Shown here piece by piece: positions 39,246 to 47,939 of a stretch of DNA of 64,000 nt. Each line of letters opens with the position of its first letter. Position 1 is the first letter of the stretch. A program made the position numbers and the translations under genes. The DNA comes from an uncultured Gammaproteobacteria bacterium (lineage in GTDB: Bacteria > Patescibacteriota > Microgenomatia > UBA1406 > GWC2-37-13), in contig CAYSQE010000003.1 in the NCBI GenBank assembly GCA_964433155.1, forward strand, positions 12,061 to 76,060, in the 5' to 3' direction. The notes under the pieces are model-generated. The model saw only the letters and a program-made list of their open reading frames with translations. It made no database searches and was not told where the DNA came from.

Positions 39246-40499
39246 TTATTTCTTGAATTGCACAATAAATCGTTCAATAATAGTTTTCACATATGCAATC
39301 CGCTCACTGTCTATCTCTGGAAAAACGCCTAGCCAAAATGCGCTATTCATCACATAGTCTGCATTTTTTAGATTATCAATAATTTTATACGATATATCTT
39401 TATATGCAGGATGCCTGAGTAAATTGCCAGAAAAAACATTTCTTGTCCCAATTTTTTTAGCTTCGAGATATTCGGTCAATTGATTACGCGTAAAAGGAGC
39501 CTCACCTCTTACTACGATGGGAAATCCAAACCAGCAAGGGTCTTCCTTCGGTGTAGTTTTCATAAGGATAAAATATTTTTGTAACTTTTTAAAAAATTCA
39601 TAGTATTTCTTAAAGTTTTCTTTTCTTTTTTTGCTGAAGTAGGGGAGCTTCTTAAGTTGAGCCACACCAATAGCCGCCTGAAAATCAGTCAGTTTCAGAT
39701 TGAATCCGATCTGCGAATAACTGTATTTATGGTCATAGCCAAAAGGAAGATCTCCAAGCTTCCAGCCAAAACGGCGCCTGCAAGTATCATCTTTGCCAGT
39801 ATCGCACCAACAGTCTCGTCCCCAATCACGAAACTGCCTTATTGCCATATGAACCAAAGGATTATTTGTGATCACTGCACCGCCCTCGCCCATAGTGATT
39901 TGATGTGCAGGATAAAAACTAAATGTAGCAATATGTCCATATGTACCTACCAATTTCCCGTCATATCGAGAACCCAGAGCATCGCAACAGTCTTCTATAA
40001 GCCATAAATTATATTTTTTAACGAGCTTCATTACTACATCCAGATTAAAAGGCTTACCAAGTGTATGAGCCATCATGATCAACTTTGTTTTTTTTGTCAC
40101 TGCTCTCTCGAGCTGCTGAATGTTTGCATTTAATGTATCAATATCTGAATCGACAAAAACCGGTTTTAGACCGTAAATAATTCCCGGATTTACAGTCGTT
40201 GGAAAAGCAACTGCTGTAGTGATAAACTCGTCTCCGGGCTTTAAACGTCTTTCTCCAAAAACTATTGACGTGAGAGAAGCAAGTGCGACCAGATTTGCCG
40301 AAGATCCAGAATTAACCAGTGATACATACCTTACCCCCATAAATTTTTTGAAGTCTGACTCGAATTGTTTCCCAAACTCTCCTTCCGTCCACCAGCCGTC
40401 CTTAGCCGCTTTAATTAGATTTTTTATTTCTGCTTGGTCGTAGACTTTTCCTGAAACCCGTACGTATGTCTCACCAGGAATAAATTTTGAATTTTTCAT
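39246..40499 (-). CDS. rfbH: CDP-6-deoxy-4-keto-hexose 3-dehydrase (E1, RfbH/DdhC type)
   Basis: FSFYPAHQITMGEGG has His where aminotransferases carry the PLP Lys. The Cys pattern EDCC-x57-C-W-C-x7-C (RDCWCDTGKDDTC) matches the E1 [2Fe-2S] motif. ATG 40499 overlaps the upstream stop as ATGA; the ORF track begins at GTG 40517. Confidence 0.85.
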   Translation of the reverse strand: MKNSKFIPGETYVRVSGKVYDQAEIKNLIKAAKDGWWTEGEFGKQFESDFKKFMGVRYVSLVNSGSSANLVALASLTSIVFGERRLKPGDEFITTAVAFPTTVNPGIIYGLKPVFVDSDIDTLNANIQQLERAVTKKTKLIMMAHTLGKPFNLDVVMKLVKKYNLWLIEDCCDALGSRYDGKLVGTYGHIATFSFYPAHQITMGEGGAVITNNPLVHMAIRQFRDWGRDCWCDTGKDDTCRRRFGWKLGDLPFGYDHKYSYSQIGFNLKLTDFQAAIGVAQLKKLPYFSKKRKENFKKYYEFFKKLQKYFILMKTTPKEDPCWFGFPIVVRGEAPFTRNQLTEYLEAKKIGTRNVFSGNLLRHPAYKDISYKIIDNLKNADYVMNSAFWLGVFPEIDSERIAYVKTIIERFIVQFKK

Positions 40500-41449
40500 G
40501 ATATTTTTTTGTACCACTTATATATTTTCTCTGCAGTTTTTTTAAAATTATATTTTGGTTTCCAGCCTAATTTTTTTTTAATTTTCGAGTAATCGAGGGA
40601 TTGATAGGGTATCTCATTTTTTGCTGCATCTAAAATTTTATACCTGAGCTTCTTTTTCAGCAATCTCTGGATATGTTGAATAACTTCAAGGACAGACAAC
40701 GTCTCATCAGATCCAAAATTAAAGGGCTCACCTTTAAGTTTGTCAATATTGTCCGCAAGCAACATATAACCGTCAACCACGTCTTTCACATATAGATAAT
40801 CTCTCACATATTTCCCGTTGCTTCTAACCTCCAGCGTCTCACCAGTAACCATCGACCTCATGATTCCGGGTACGATCCTTGAATAATTTAGATCTCCTTC
40901 ACCGTAAATATTTCCAAAACGTGTTGTGCAAACCGGAAGTTGATACGTTTTAAAATATGAGTTAGCAATAATATCTGCGGCTGATTTGGAAGATTCGTAG
41001 GGATGGTCACCTTTTAGTGAATCTTCTTCAACATATTTGTCTTTTTTTAATTTACCATAGGCTTTATCAGACGAAGCAACAATCGCTCCTTTTATCCTGG
41101 GATAGAGACGAACGCTTTCCATTACATTTACTGTTCCCATAACATTGGTTGCGAATGTTCTTTGCGGATTGTAATAAGCTGTTCCAACAAGAGCCTGAGC
41201 TGCAAGATGAAATATGTAATCAACTTCATATTTGGTCACGACGTCAAATAGTTCGTTAAAATCATTCACATCAACATGCGTCATTCTCACCTTTTTATGG
41301 AGTTTCTGAGAGAAAAAATATGACTTAGGATTGGTTGTAATGAATGTGGTTGTAACATTAGCCTCACGTCTTACCAGCTCCTCGACAAGATGCGAGCCTA
41401 CAAATCCCGTCCCACCAGTAACTAAGACATTTTGATCTTTTATCTCCAT
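40496..41449 (-). CDS. rfbG: NDP-sugar 4,6-dehydratase (probable CDP-glucose 4,6-dehydratase)
   Basis: VLVTGGTGFVGSH and the YESSKSAAD catalytic YxxxK; located between rfbF and rfbH. ATG 41449 is preferred over the TTG at 41458. Confidence 0.7.
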   Translation of the reverse strand: MEIKDQNVLVTGGTGFVGSHLVEELVRREANVTTTFITTNPKSYFFSQKLHKKVRMTHVDVNDFNELFDVVTKYEVDYIFHLAAQALVGTAYYNPQRTFATNVMGTVNVMESVRLYPRIKGAIVASSDKAYGKLKKDKYVEEDSLKGDHPYESSKSAADIIANSYFKTYQLPVCTTRFGNIYGEGDLNYSRIVPGIMRSMVTGETLEVRSNGKYVRDYLYVKDVVDGYMLLADNIDKLKGEPFNFGSDETLSVLEVIQHIQRLLKKKLRYKILDAAKNEIPYQSLDYSKIKKKLGWKPKYNFKKTAEKIYKWYKKIS

Positions 41450-42219
41450 ACTTCCCAAGGGGGATTACCAGCTTGCCAAATTTTGTTTAATTCTTCATAC
41501 TCTTTGTGTGTGTCTACTGAAAACCAAAATCCGTTGTGGCGATACAAAGAAAGTTCCTTCTCTTTGGCCAATCTTACAAGCGCCGGGTGTTCTGTCTCTC
41601 CTGGTCGTAAATAATTAAATACCCTTTTGTCAAAAACCATATAACCTCCATTCACCCAGTCTTTCAATACGGGTTTTTCTGTAAATCTTTCCACTTTGTT
41701 TCTTCTGTTAACCCAAACCAAACCATATCTTGAACGTGGATGCACTCCGGTTATCGTTCCGATAGTTTTTTGCCGTTTTTGGAACTTAACAAGAGAGTCT
41801 ATATTCAAATCTGTAAGTCCATCTCCGTAAGTTACCATAAAATATTTATCTTTGGCGGATATATATTTTTGGCAGCGAAGAATTCGCTCACCTGGTTGAG
41901 TCTCTAGTCCTGTGTCTACAAAGGTTATTTTGTACTCATCTACTTGCTCTCTATCATCAAGATAAAATTTGGTTTTGTGACTACGAGTATTAAGACTAAA
42001 ATCTGCAGTGAAAGCTTTTTGATTCAAAAAAAAGTCCTTTATATAGTCTGCCTTATAGCCCAAAGCGAGAATAAATTCATTGAATCCATAATAGGAGTAA
42101 ATCTTCATGATGTGCCAAATAATGGGTTTTTTCCCTATGTAGACCATCGGCTTTGGCTTAAATTCCGTCTCTTCTTTTAAACGTGTTCCCAAACCTCCAC
42201 AAAGAATGATGACTTTCAT
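41440..42219 (-). CDS. rfbF: Glucose-1-phosphate cytidylyltransferase
   Basis: MKVIILCGGLGTRLKEETEFKPKPMVYIGKKPIIWHIMKIYSYYGFNEFILALGYK and a C-terminal GNPPWEVW, typical of RfbF/DdhA. Confidence 0.85.
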   Translation of the reverse strand: MKVIILCGGLGTRLKEETEFKPKPMVYIGKKPIIWHIMKIYSYYGFNEFILALGYKADYIKDFFLNQKAFTADFSLNTRSHKTKFYLDDREQVDEYKITFVDTGLETQPGERILRCQKYISAKDKYFMVTYGDGLTDLNIDSLVKFQKRQKTIGTITGVHPRSRYGLVWVNRRNKVERFTEKPVLKDWVNGGYMVFDKRVFNYLRPGETEHPALVRLAKEKELSLYRHNGFWFSVDTHKEYEELNKIWQAGNPPWEVWR

Positions 42220-43133
42220 AAAGATGAAGTTATTTTATTATAAATTCCAGCTGCGTCAAGACCTAAAACTTTTCGCAAGTAAGACCTTGTTCCGACATTT
42301 TTAATGACTTTGTGTTGAGTTCCGATTCTGATCACCCGTGTTCCTGGGACATATTCTGAAACAACCTCGGATACGACAGAACCTAATCCGCCAATCATCC
42401 CATGTTCCTCTATGACAAATAGAGTTTTAAAGCGTTTTGCTTGATTTATGATTAAATCTTTGTCAATGGGTTCCACCGTATGAATGTTAATGACGCCTGC
42501 CTCTATTTTTTTATTTTTTTTAAGCATATCTGCAGCTTTTATGACTTCCTCCATTATTACCCCAGTTGAAAATAAGACTGTATCAATACCGATTTTTAAA
42601 ACCACGCCTTTGCCAAAACGAAATGAGTAAGAGTAAGCATTTATAATTGGTTCCTGTCTTCCACCGACTCTTATATAGACTGGCCTATGATAGTTTGCTA
42701 AATATTTAAGACCTTTGACAGCTTCTATTTCATCCACCGGAGAAAAAATGGACATATTTGGCAACGGCCTAAGAATTGCTATATCTTCCAGCGCAAAGTG
42801 CGTGCTACTCAAGATTCCGTATGATAGTCCAGACCCGATGCCTAGAAGCGTGATATCAAGATCATGGTAGCAGACGTCGTTACGAATCTGTTCAAAACAT
42901 CGCATGATAAGAAATGGGATGATGGAGTAGATAAAGACTTTTTTACCAGATAGAGCAAGGCCTGATGCGATGCCTATCATATTTTGCTCAGCTACTCCAA
43001 CGTTGATAAATCTTCCATGAAAATCGCTTTCTATCTTTTCAACCGCGCGATAACCAAGATCACCTGTCAAAAAATAACTATTCTTATTAGATTTCATAAT
43101 GTTATAGATTTCTTGTATTATTGCGGTTCTCAC
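42216..43133 (-). CDS. Transketolase, C-terminal (pyrimidine-binding) subunit
   Basis: FINVGVAEQNMIGIASGLALSGK and a C-terminal domain; pairs with the N-terminal subunit upstream. Confidence 0.85.
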   Translation of the reverse strand: MRTAIIQEIYNIMKSNKNSYFLTGDLGYRAVEKIESDFHGRFINVGVAEQNMIGIASGLALSGKKVFIYSIIPFLIMRCFEQIRNDVCYHDLDITLLGIGSGLSYGILSSTHFALEDIAILRPLPNMSIFSPVDEIEAVKGLKYLANYHRPVYIRVGGRQEPIINAYSYSFRFGKGVVLKIGIDTVLFSTGVIMEEVIKAADMLKKNKKIEAGVINIHTVEPIDKDLIINQAKRFKTLFVIEEHGMIGGLGSVVSEVVSEYVPGTRVIRIGTQHKVIKNVGTRSYLRKVLGLDAAGIYNKITSSL

Positions 43134-43152
43134 TTTTTAAACTTTAAAAAAT

Positions 43153-43968
43153 TTATAAACTTTCAAGTAATTGTTTTTTTGTCTCTTCATCAAGTGATAT
43201 ATAGTGTGCCTCAAATTTCCCCTCAAATCCCGGCAAACCCCAGCCTTTGACTGTTTTTGCAATTATAAAATGGGGGGAAGAATTTTTTGTTTTAGCTTTT
43301 TGAGTAAATACTTTATCTAAACTTTCAAAGTCGTGACCATTTGCCTCATAGACATTCCAATGAAAATCTCTAATTTTTTGGGGAAGAGGTGAGAGATCTA
43401 ACACTTCTTCAGTTGAACCATATCCTTGAAAATGGTTGTTGTCGACAATTACCGTCAGATTATGAATTTTGTGATGTGCGGCGTACATAATGGCTTCCCA
43501 ATTAGATCCTTCGTTAAGTTCACCGTCAGACATCAATACATAGACTTTGTTATTTTTTTTATCATTCAAAAATGAGGTGGCAAAACCAATTCCAATTGGC
43601 AGTCCGTGACCAAGAGATCCAGTAGAAATCTCAATTCCAGGTGCGACTCTGCTTGAATGCTCGGGTAAAATACCGCCGTCTTTATCATAACTGAGTAAGA
43701 CTTCTTTAGTGAAAAAACCTCGCTCATATAGAACCGTATACAATGCCAATCCCGCATGTCCTTTGCTCAAGATGAATATATCCCTGTCTGAATTTGTGGG
43801 TTGCTTTGGGTCGACATGTAGAACTCGATAATAAAGATAGGTGAGAATCTCAACTATCGAGTAAGAACAACCAATATGGTGGCTTTCTTTAGGCCTTATT
43901 GCTTGCATCATATCTCTTCTCACTTGTTTAGATATTTTTTTAAGCTCGGCGAAGTTTTTTTTCATCAC
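43153..43968 (-). CDS. Transketolase, N-terminal (ThDP-binding) subunit
   Basis: HIGCSYSIVEIL, ILSKGHAGLALY, GSLGHGLPIGIG and the ThDP motif MSDGELNEGSNWEA. Confidence 0.85.
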   Translation of the reverse strand: MMKKNFAELKKISKQVRRDMMQAIRPKESHHIGCSYSIVEILTYLYYRVLHVDPKQPTNSDRDIFILSKGHAGLALYTVLYERGFFTKEVLLSYDKDGGILPEHSSRVAPGIEISTGSLGHGLPIGIGFATSFLNDKKNNKVYVLMSDGELNEGSNWEAIMYAAHHKIHNLTVIVDNNHFQGYGSTEEVLDLSPLPQKIRDFHWNVYEANGHDFESLDKVFTQKAKTKNSSPHFIIAKTVKGWGLPGFEGKFEAHYISLDEETKKQLLESL

Positions 43969-44012
43969 TAATAGCTGATAGTATATAATATTTTAACTAA
44001 TGTCAAAACAGT

Positions 44013-44891
44013 ATGAGTGATAAAACAAAAGCAATAATTGCAATTCTTATTGCTTCACTTATTAGTGGGGGTGCTTCAGCATTCACAAAAATTGGTTTAA
44101 TAAAAATTCCTCCATTTACTTTCTCATTTCTTCGCTTTTTAATAGCATCAATAGCCATCTTGCCAATATTTTTAAAATCAAAACCAAAAATAAATAAGTC
44201 TTTGGTTCCATTAATTTTCTTTTCAGTTCTTCCAATTGTCAATGTAGCTTTTTTTGTAGCGGGAGTTAAGCTTACTACGGCTTCTATTAGCCAAATGTTA
44301 TATGCAGCAACGCCTATTTTGGCTGGTATTCTTTCCTATTTTATTCTTCGGCACAAACTCTCAATTAAAAGGTGGCTCTTTATTTTACTTGGACTCGTTG
44401 GCGTAATTTTTGTAGTCGCTCTCCCAATCTTTGAAAAAGATACTTTGTTTGGAGGTGATCTTAAAGGAAATTTGTTCATCAGCTTTGCAGTTGCAGTATG
44501 GTCCTTATACGTTGTTTTATCTAAGAAATTTCAGAAACAATTTTCTCCGCTCGTCATAACATCCATTTTTATTTTCCTTGCAACCTTGATTTTTTTCTTT
44601 CTCTCTCTTACAGAACTTAAAGGAAATGCTAATCTGTGGCAGAAAATAAATTCATCATCGACTGTTGCAATCATTTATGTGGCTGTCTTTGTGACTGTTG
44701 GAGGTTATTTGCTTAATCAATATGCTATTAAATTTGCTGGCCCAATTGCGGCCTCACTTACGTTTTATATCCTACCAATTTCAGGATATTTTTTTGCCTT
44801 TTTTTTGCTCGGAGAAAAAATCACGGAGGGGCTTGTTATTGGAACTATGCTTGTATTTATAAGTATAGCTTTAACCACTTACTCGAAGTAG
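44013..44891 (+). CDS. EamA/DMT-superfamily transporter
   Basis: 10 hydrophobic helices in two homologous halves; 292 aa. Confidence 0.7.
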   Translation: MSDKTKAIIAILIASLISGGASAFTKIGLIKIPPFTFSFLRFLIASIAILPIFLKSKPKINKSLVPLIFFSVLPIVNVAFFVAGVKLTTASISQMLYAATPILAGILSYFILRHKLSIKRWLFILLGLVGVIFVVALPIFEKDTLFGGDLKGNLFISFAVAVWSLYVVLSKKFQKQFSPLVITSIFIFLATLIFFFLSLTELKGNANLWQKINSSSTVAIIYVAVFVTVGGYLLNQYAIKFAGPIAASLTFYILPISGYFFAFFLLGEKITEGLVIGTMLVFISIALTTYSK

Positions 44892-44914
44892 TATCAGAGA
44901 AATTCTACCAGAGC

Positions 44915-45103
44915 TTAAGCGTGGTCATGTTTTTCACCCTCTTTGTAATATTCACCACAGACATGACACTTCATCCTCTTCTCAAATGTATGACCAAAAT
45001 GAGTGCAACCCTGCGTGCCGCATTTAGTCAATCCATTTTTAAACTCTTGCTCTGAGATCTCTGCCTTACAGGTACCTATACAAATGTATACAACTTTGTC
45101 CAT
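44915..45103 (-). CDS. Small Cys/His-rich (metal-binding-like) protein, 62 aa
   Basis: MDKVVYICIGTCKAEISEQEFKNGLTKCGTQGCTHFGHTFEKRMKCHVCGEYYKEGEKHDHA has 7 Cys and 5 His. The longer 103-aa ORF-track version would overlap the next gene. Confidence 0.4.
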   Translation of the reverse strand: MDKVVYICIGTCKAEISEQEFKNGLTKCGTQGCTHFGHTFEKRMKCHVCGEYYKEGEKHDHA

Positions 45104-45143
45104 ATACGTTATTCTAACGAAAGCTGTGATAAAATCAAGAGTA

Positions 45144-46331
45144 ATGTTGCATTCTCTATTCAAGAGATCTGGCATATATTTTTTAGGTCTAAGCTTAGGT
45201 AAAATTTTGAGCCTACTCGTCTTCATTTTATTTGCCCGTACTTTGTTGCCCGAAAGATTTGGAGACTTTGTGCTTTTTGTTACGCTTATTCAGATTGTAA
45301 CTTTCTTCTCAGATTTTGGTTTAAACCAATGGTATCAGAAACAAGCAGACTCACAGGACAGAACAACTTTATTTAGTAAAATGATCTCTGCAAGATTTGT
45401 CACTCTTATTGTCTCTCTTCTTATATCTTCGATCTTTCTCTTTTTTAGTTCTACTTTCCAATTTTTAACTTCAATCTTCTTTTTGTTAACACTCTTACCA
45501 GAAGCTTTCCTTTCTGTAATAGACGGATATTACTTAGAGAAAAAACAATCACTGAAAGTATCATTAAAGGTGACAAGCAGGATGATGATCCTTTTTTTTG
45601 CTTATATATTTTTTAGACACACATTCAACTTTGAAACTGCAGTAGAATGGTATTTCCTATCTTCAGTTATCACTCTCGTCTGGTTCTTTCCTTGGAAACA
45701 GTTAAAATATTTTCATCTACTGCCATCACTTCAATATATTAATATATTAAAGTCATCATCGTCCTATGCCTTTTTAGTTTTTTCTTCCTTCTTATATGCA
45801 AGAGGCGATTCATTGGTTATTCGTTATGTTTTAAATAGCTCTGCGCTGGGTTTATATGGGGCTGCTTATCGATATTTAGAATCTTTGAGTCTATTACCAA
45901 CTGCTATATCACACAATCTTTTTCCTCTGTCTGCAAAAAAAGAAGGAGTGAGCCTTGATCAGTTTAAAAAAATAGTACTAGTTTCAATTTTAACTGGTGT
46001 AATTTTTTCCTTAATTATTCTTATCTTTTCTGACGTATTGATTATAGAATTGTTAGGCGAATCTTATGAACAGGCAATACCAATACTCAAAATATTTTCT
46101 TTTGTATTGTTCCTGTTTTTTCTCAACGCGCCTTTTGCAACGGTGGTTCAAAGCTCAAAACTTATAAATAGATTTCTACCTTATGGATTTCTTAACACCT
46201 TAGCAAATATTGGCCTAAACCTAATTTTTATTCCAATATATGGTATTTCCGCAGCTGCATGGATAATGTTAATTACAGAACTCAGTGGACTTTTGATTAA
46301 TGTTTATTTTATAAAGAAGATATATTCTTAG
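45144..46331 (+). CDS. MOP/Wzx-type polysaccharide flippase-like membrane protein
   Basis: About 12 TM helices. ATG 45144 (MLHSLFKRSGIYFLGLSLGKIL) avoids overlap with the Cys-rich ORF; the ORF track starts at 45003. Confidence 0.55.
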   Translation: MLHSLFKRSGIYFLGLSLGKILSLLVFILFARTLLPERFGDFVLFVTLIQIVTFFSDFGLNQWYQKQADSQDRTTLFSKMISARFVTLIVSLLISSIFLFFSSTFQFLTSIFFLLTLLPEAFLSVIDGYYLEKKQSLKVSLKVTSRMMILFFAYIFFRHTFNFETAVEWYFLSSVITLVWFFPWKQLKYFHLLPSLQYINILKSSSSYAFLVFSSFLYARGDSLVIRYVLNSSALGLYGAAYRYLESLSLLPTAISHNLFPLSAKKEGVSLDQFKKIVLVSILTGVIFSLIILIFSDVLIIELLGESYEQAIPILKIFSFVLFLFFLNAPFATVVQSSKLINRFLPYGFLNTLANIGLNLIFIPIYGISAAAWIMLITELSGLLINVYFIKKIYS

Positions 46332-46391
46332 ACTTAATATGATTTCGACTTAAACTTCAATCGATTAAACGATTAAACACTTTCCAATTTT

Positions 46392-47939
46392 ATGGAAAAA
46401 AATGTTTCAATAATAATAATTCATTGGAATACGCCTGAACTTCTGCGAAAACAACTCATTTCATTAACTTCAAATATTAAGACAAGCGAGTTAATAGTGA
46501 TAGATAATGCCTCAAAAGAATCATTAGATTGGATTAATAAAGATTTTTCTCAAGTTCAACTTATTCAAAATAAATTAAATAGAGGCTATGCCTTTGCTTG
46601 TAATCAAGGAACGATACAAAGTAGAGGAGAGTGGCTTCTTTTTTTAAATCCCGATGTTGAGATTTCTAACCGTCAAATCAAGCAACTTGTTGAATACGCA
46701 AAAAAAAATAATTTAGACGCTTGTTCGCCAAAAACTACCCATTCATATCAAAAACCACTTCCGACGTGGTTTTCTCTACTTAGTGAATTTACGCCATTAG
46801 TCAAACTGGTACCGTTAAACTTATTCGCACAAAAAACGCTTTTTGGCGGATGTCTGCTAATAAAGGCTGAGGTTTTGAAAACTTTGGGAGGTTGGGATGA
46901 GCGTTTTTTTCTCTGGTTTGAGGATAGTGACCTTACGGTTAGATTGACAAAGAACGGATATAGAATTGGCTGGTTTTCTGCCCCTATTAAACATCTAGGA
47001 GGAACGTCTTTTAAAACCCTTGATAACCAACTACAACGAGATATTTTTTTTCAGTCTATGGATATCTTTGCTAGAAAACATTTCTCCTTATTTGGAAAAT
47101 TTATAGTTTCTTTGATTAAAAAGCGTTATTCAAAACGAAAACTTCTGCCAAAATTATCTAAGGAAACAAACATAACTATTCCAAACCTCAAATTAAACCT
47201 TCTTAAGTATTTTTTTGAAAAAAACAAAAATATTTTACACACCTCCGGAGTGTGTTGGACAGTCATAACAAGCTCTTTAAATAATATGACTATTTGGCAA
47301 TGGAGAAAAAGATACCCAGATATTAGATTTATTCCAATTGAAGAAAATAAAGGGTTTGCATCAACTGTAAATATCGGATTTAGAGTTTCAGCCGGAAACT
47401 GGCTCGGAACGGTAAACGACGATATTATTTTGTCAAGAAATTGGTTGACGAATTTATTATTCTGTAAAAAAGACGAAACGGGTTCAATAAATTCCACAAT
47501 ATATAAAGAAAGTGGAGATATCGAATCTGCAGGAATTACTGTCAGACCAAATGGTAAAGCCTATCCTCTCAAAAAATTAACTAGTGAGTCCTGTTTTGAG
47601 GTAGATGCCACAAACGCTGCTGCTGTAATCTATTCCCAAGAAGCAATAAATAAGGTCGGACTGTTTGATGAAAAATTCGGGTCTTATCTTGAAGATATTG
47701 ACTTATCTTTACGCTTAAAAAGAATGGGTTATAACAATCTTGTATCCTTGAAATCAACAGTCACTCATCTAGGCCAAGAAACATCTAAAGAGTTGGGTTG
47801 GAAAAAACAATACTATGATTTTAAAAACTGGATTTTGGTAATTTTGAAAAATTGGGGAATAAGACAATTAGTCCTAAACTTTCCAGCGATATTTATTGAA
47901 AGATTGAGAAATCTCTCAGGAGTTTTTAAATCGTTTTAA
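46392..47939 (+). CDS. Tandem double-domain family 2 glycosyltransferase
   Basis: Domain 1: VSIIIIHWNT...VIDNASKE...NRGYAFACNQG...FLNPDVEI...WFEDSDLTVRL. Domain 2: ENKGFASTVNIG...VNDDIIL...YLEDIDLSLRL. Confidence 0.75.
   Translation: MEKNVSIIIIHWNTPELLRKQLISLTSNIKTSELIVIDNASKESLDWINKDFSQVQLIQNKLNRGYAFACNQGTIQSRGEWLLFLNPDVEISNRQIKQLVEYAKKNNLDACSPKTTHSYQKPLPTWFSLLSEFTPLVKLVPLNLFAQKTLFGGCLLIKAEVLKTLGGWDERFFLWFEDSDLTVRLTKNGYRIGWFSAPIKHLGGTSFKTLDNQLQRDIFFQSMDIFARKHFSLFGKFIVSLIKKRYSKRKLLPKLSKETNITIPNLKLNLLKYFFEKNKNILHTSGVCWTVITSSLNNMTIWQWRKRYPDIRFIPIEENKGFASTVNIGFRVSAGNWLGTVNDDIILSRNWLTNLLFCKKDETGSINSTIYKESGDIESAGITVRPNGKAYPLKKLTSESCFEVDATNAAAVIYSQEAINKVGLFDEKFGSYLEDIDLSLRLKRMGYNNLVSLKSTVTHLGQETSKELGWKKQYYDFKNWILVILKNWGIRQLVLNFPAIFIERLRNLSGVFKSF

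Noticed and set aside
45003-45143. N-terminal 47 codons of the 442-aa flippase ORF, which overlap the Cys-rich ORF on the other strand.
   Set aside because: The extension is non-hydrophobic and Cys/Pro-rich, mirroring the opposite-strand gene. ATG 45144 gives a typical flippase N-terminus. The 48871-48972 extension overlapping gmd was rejected for the same reason.
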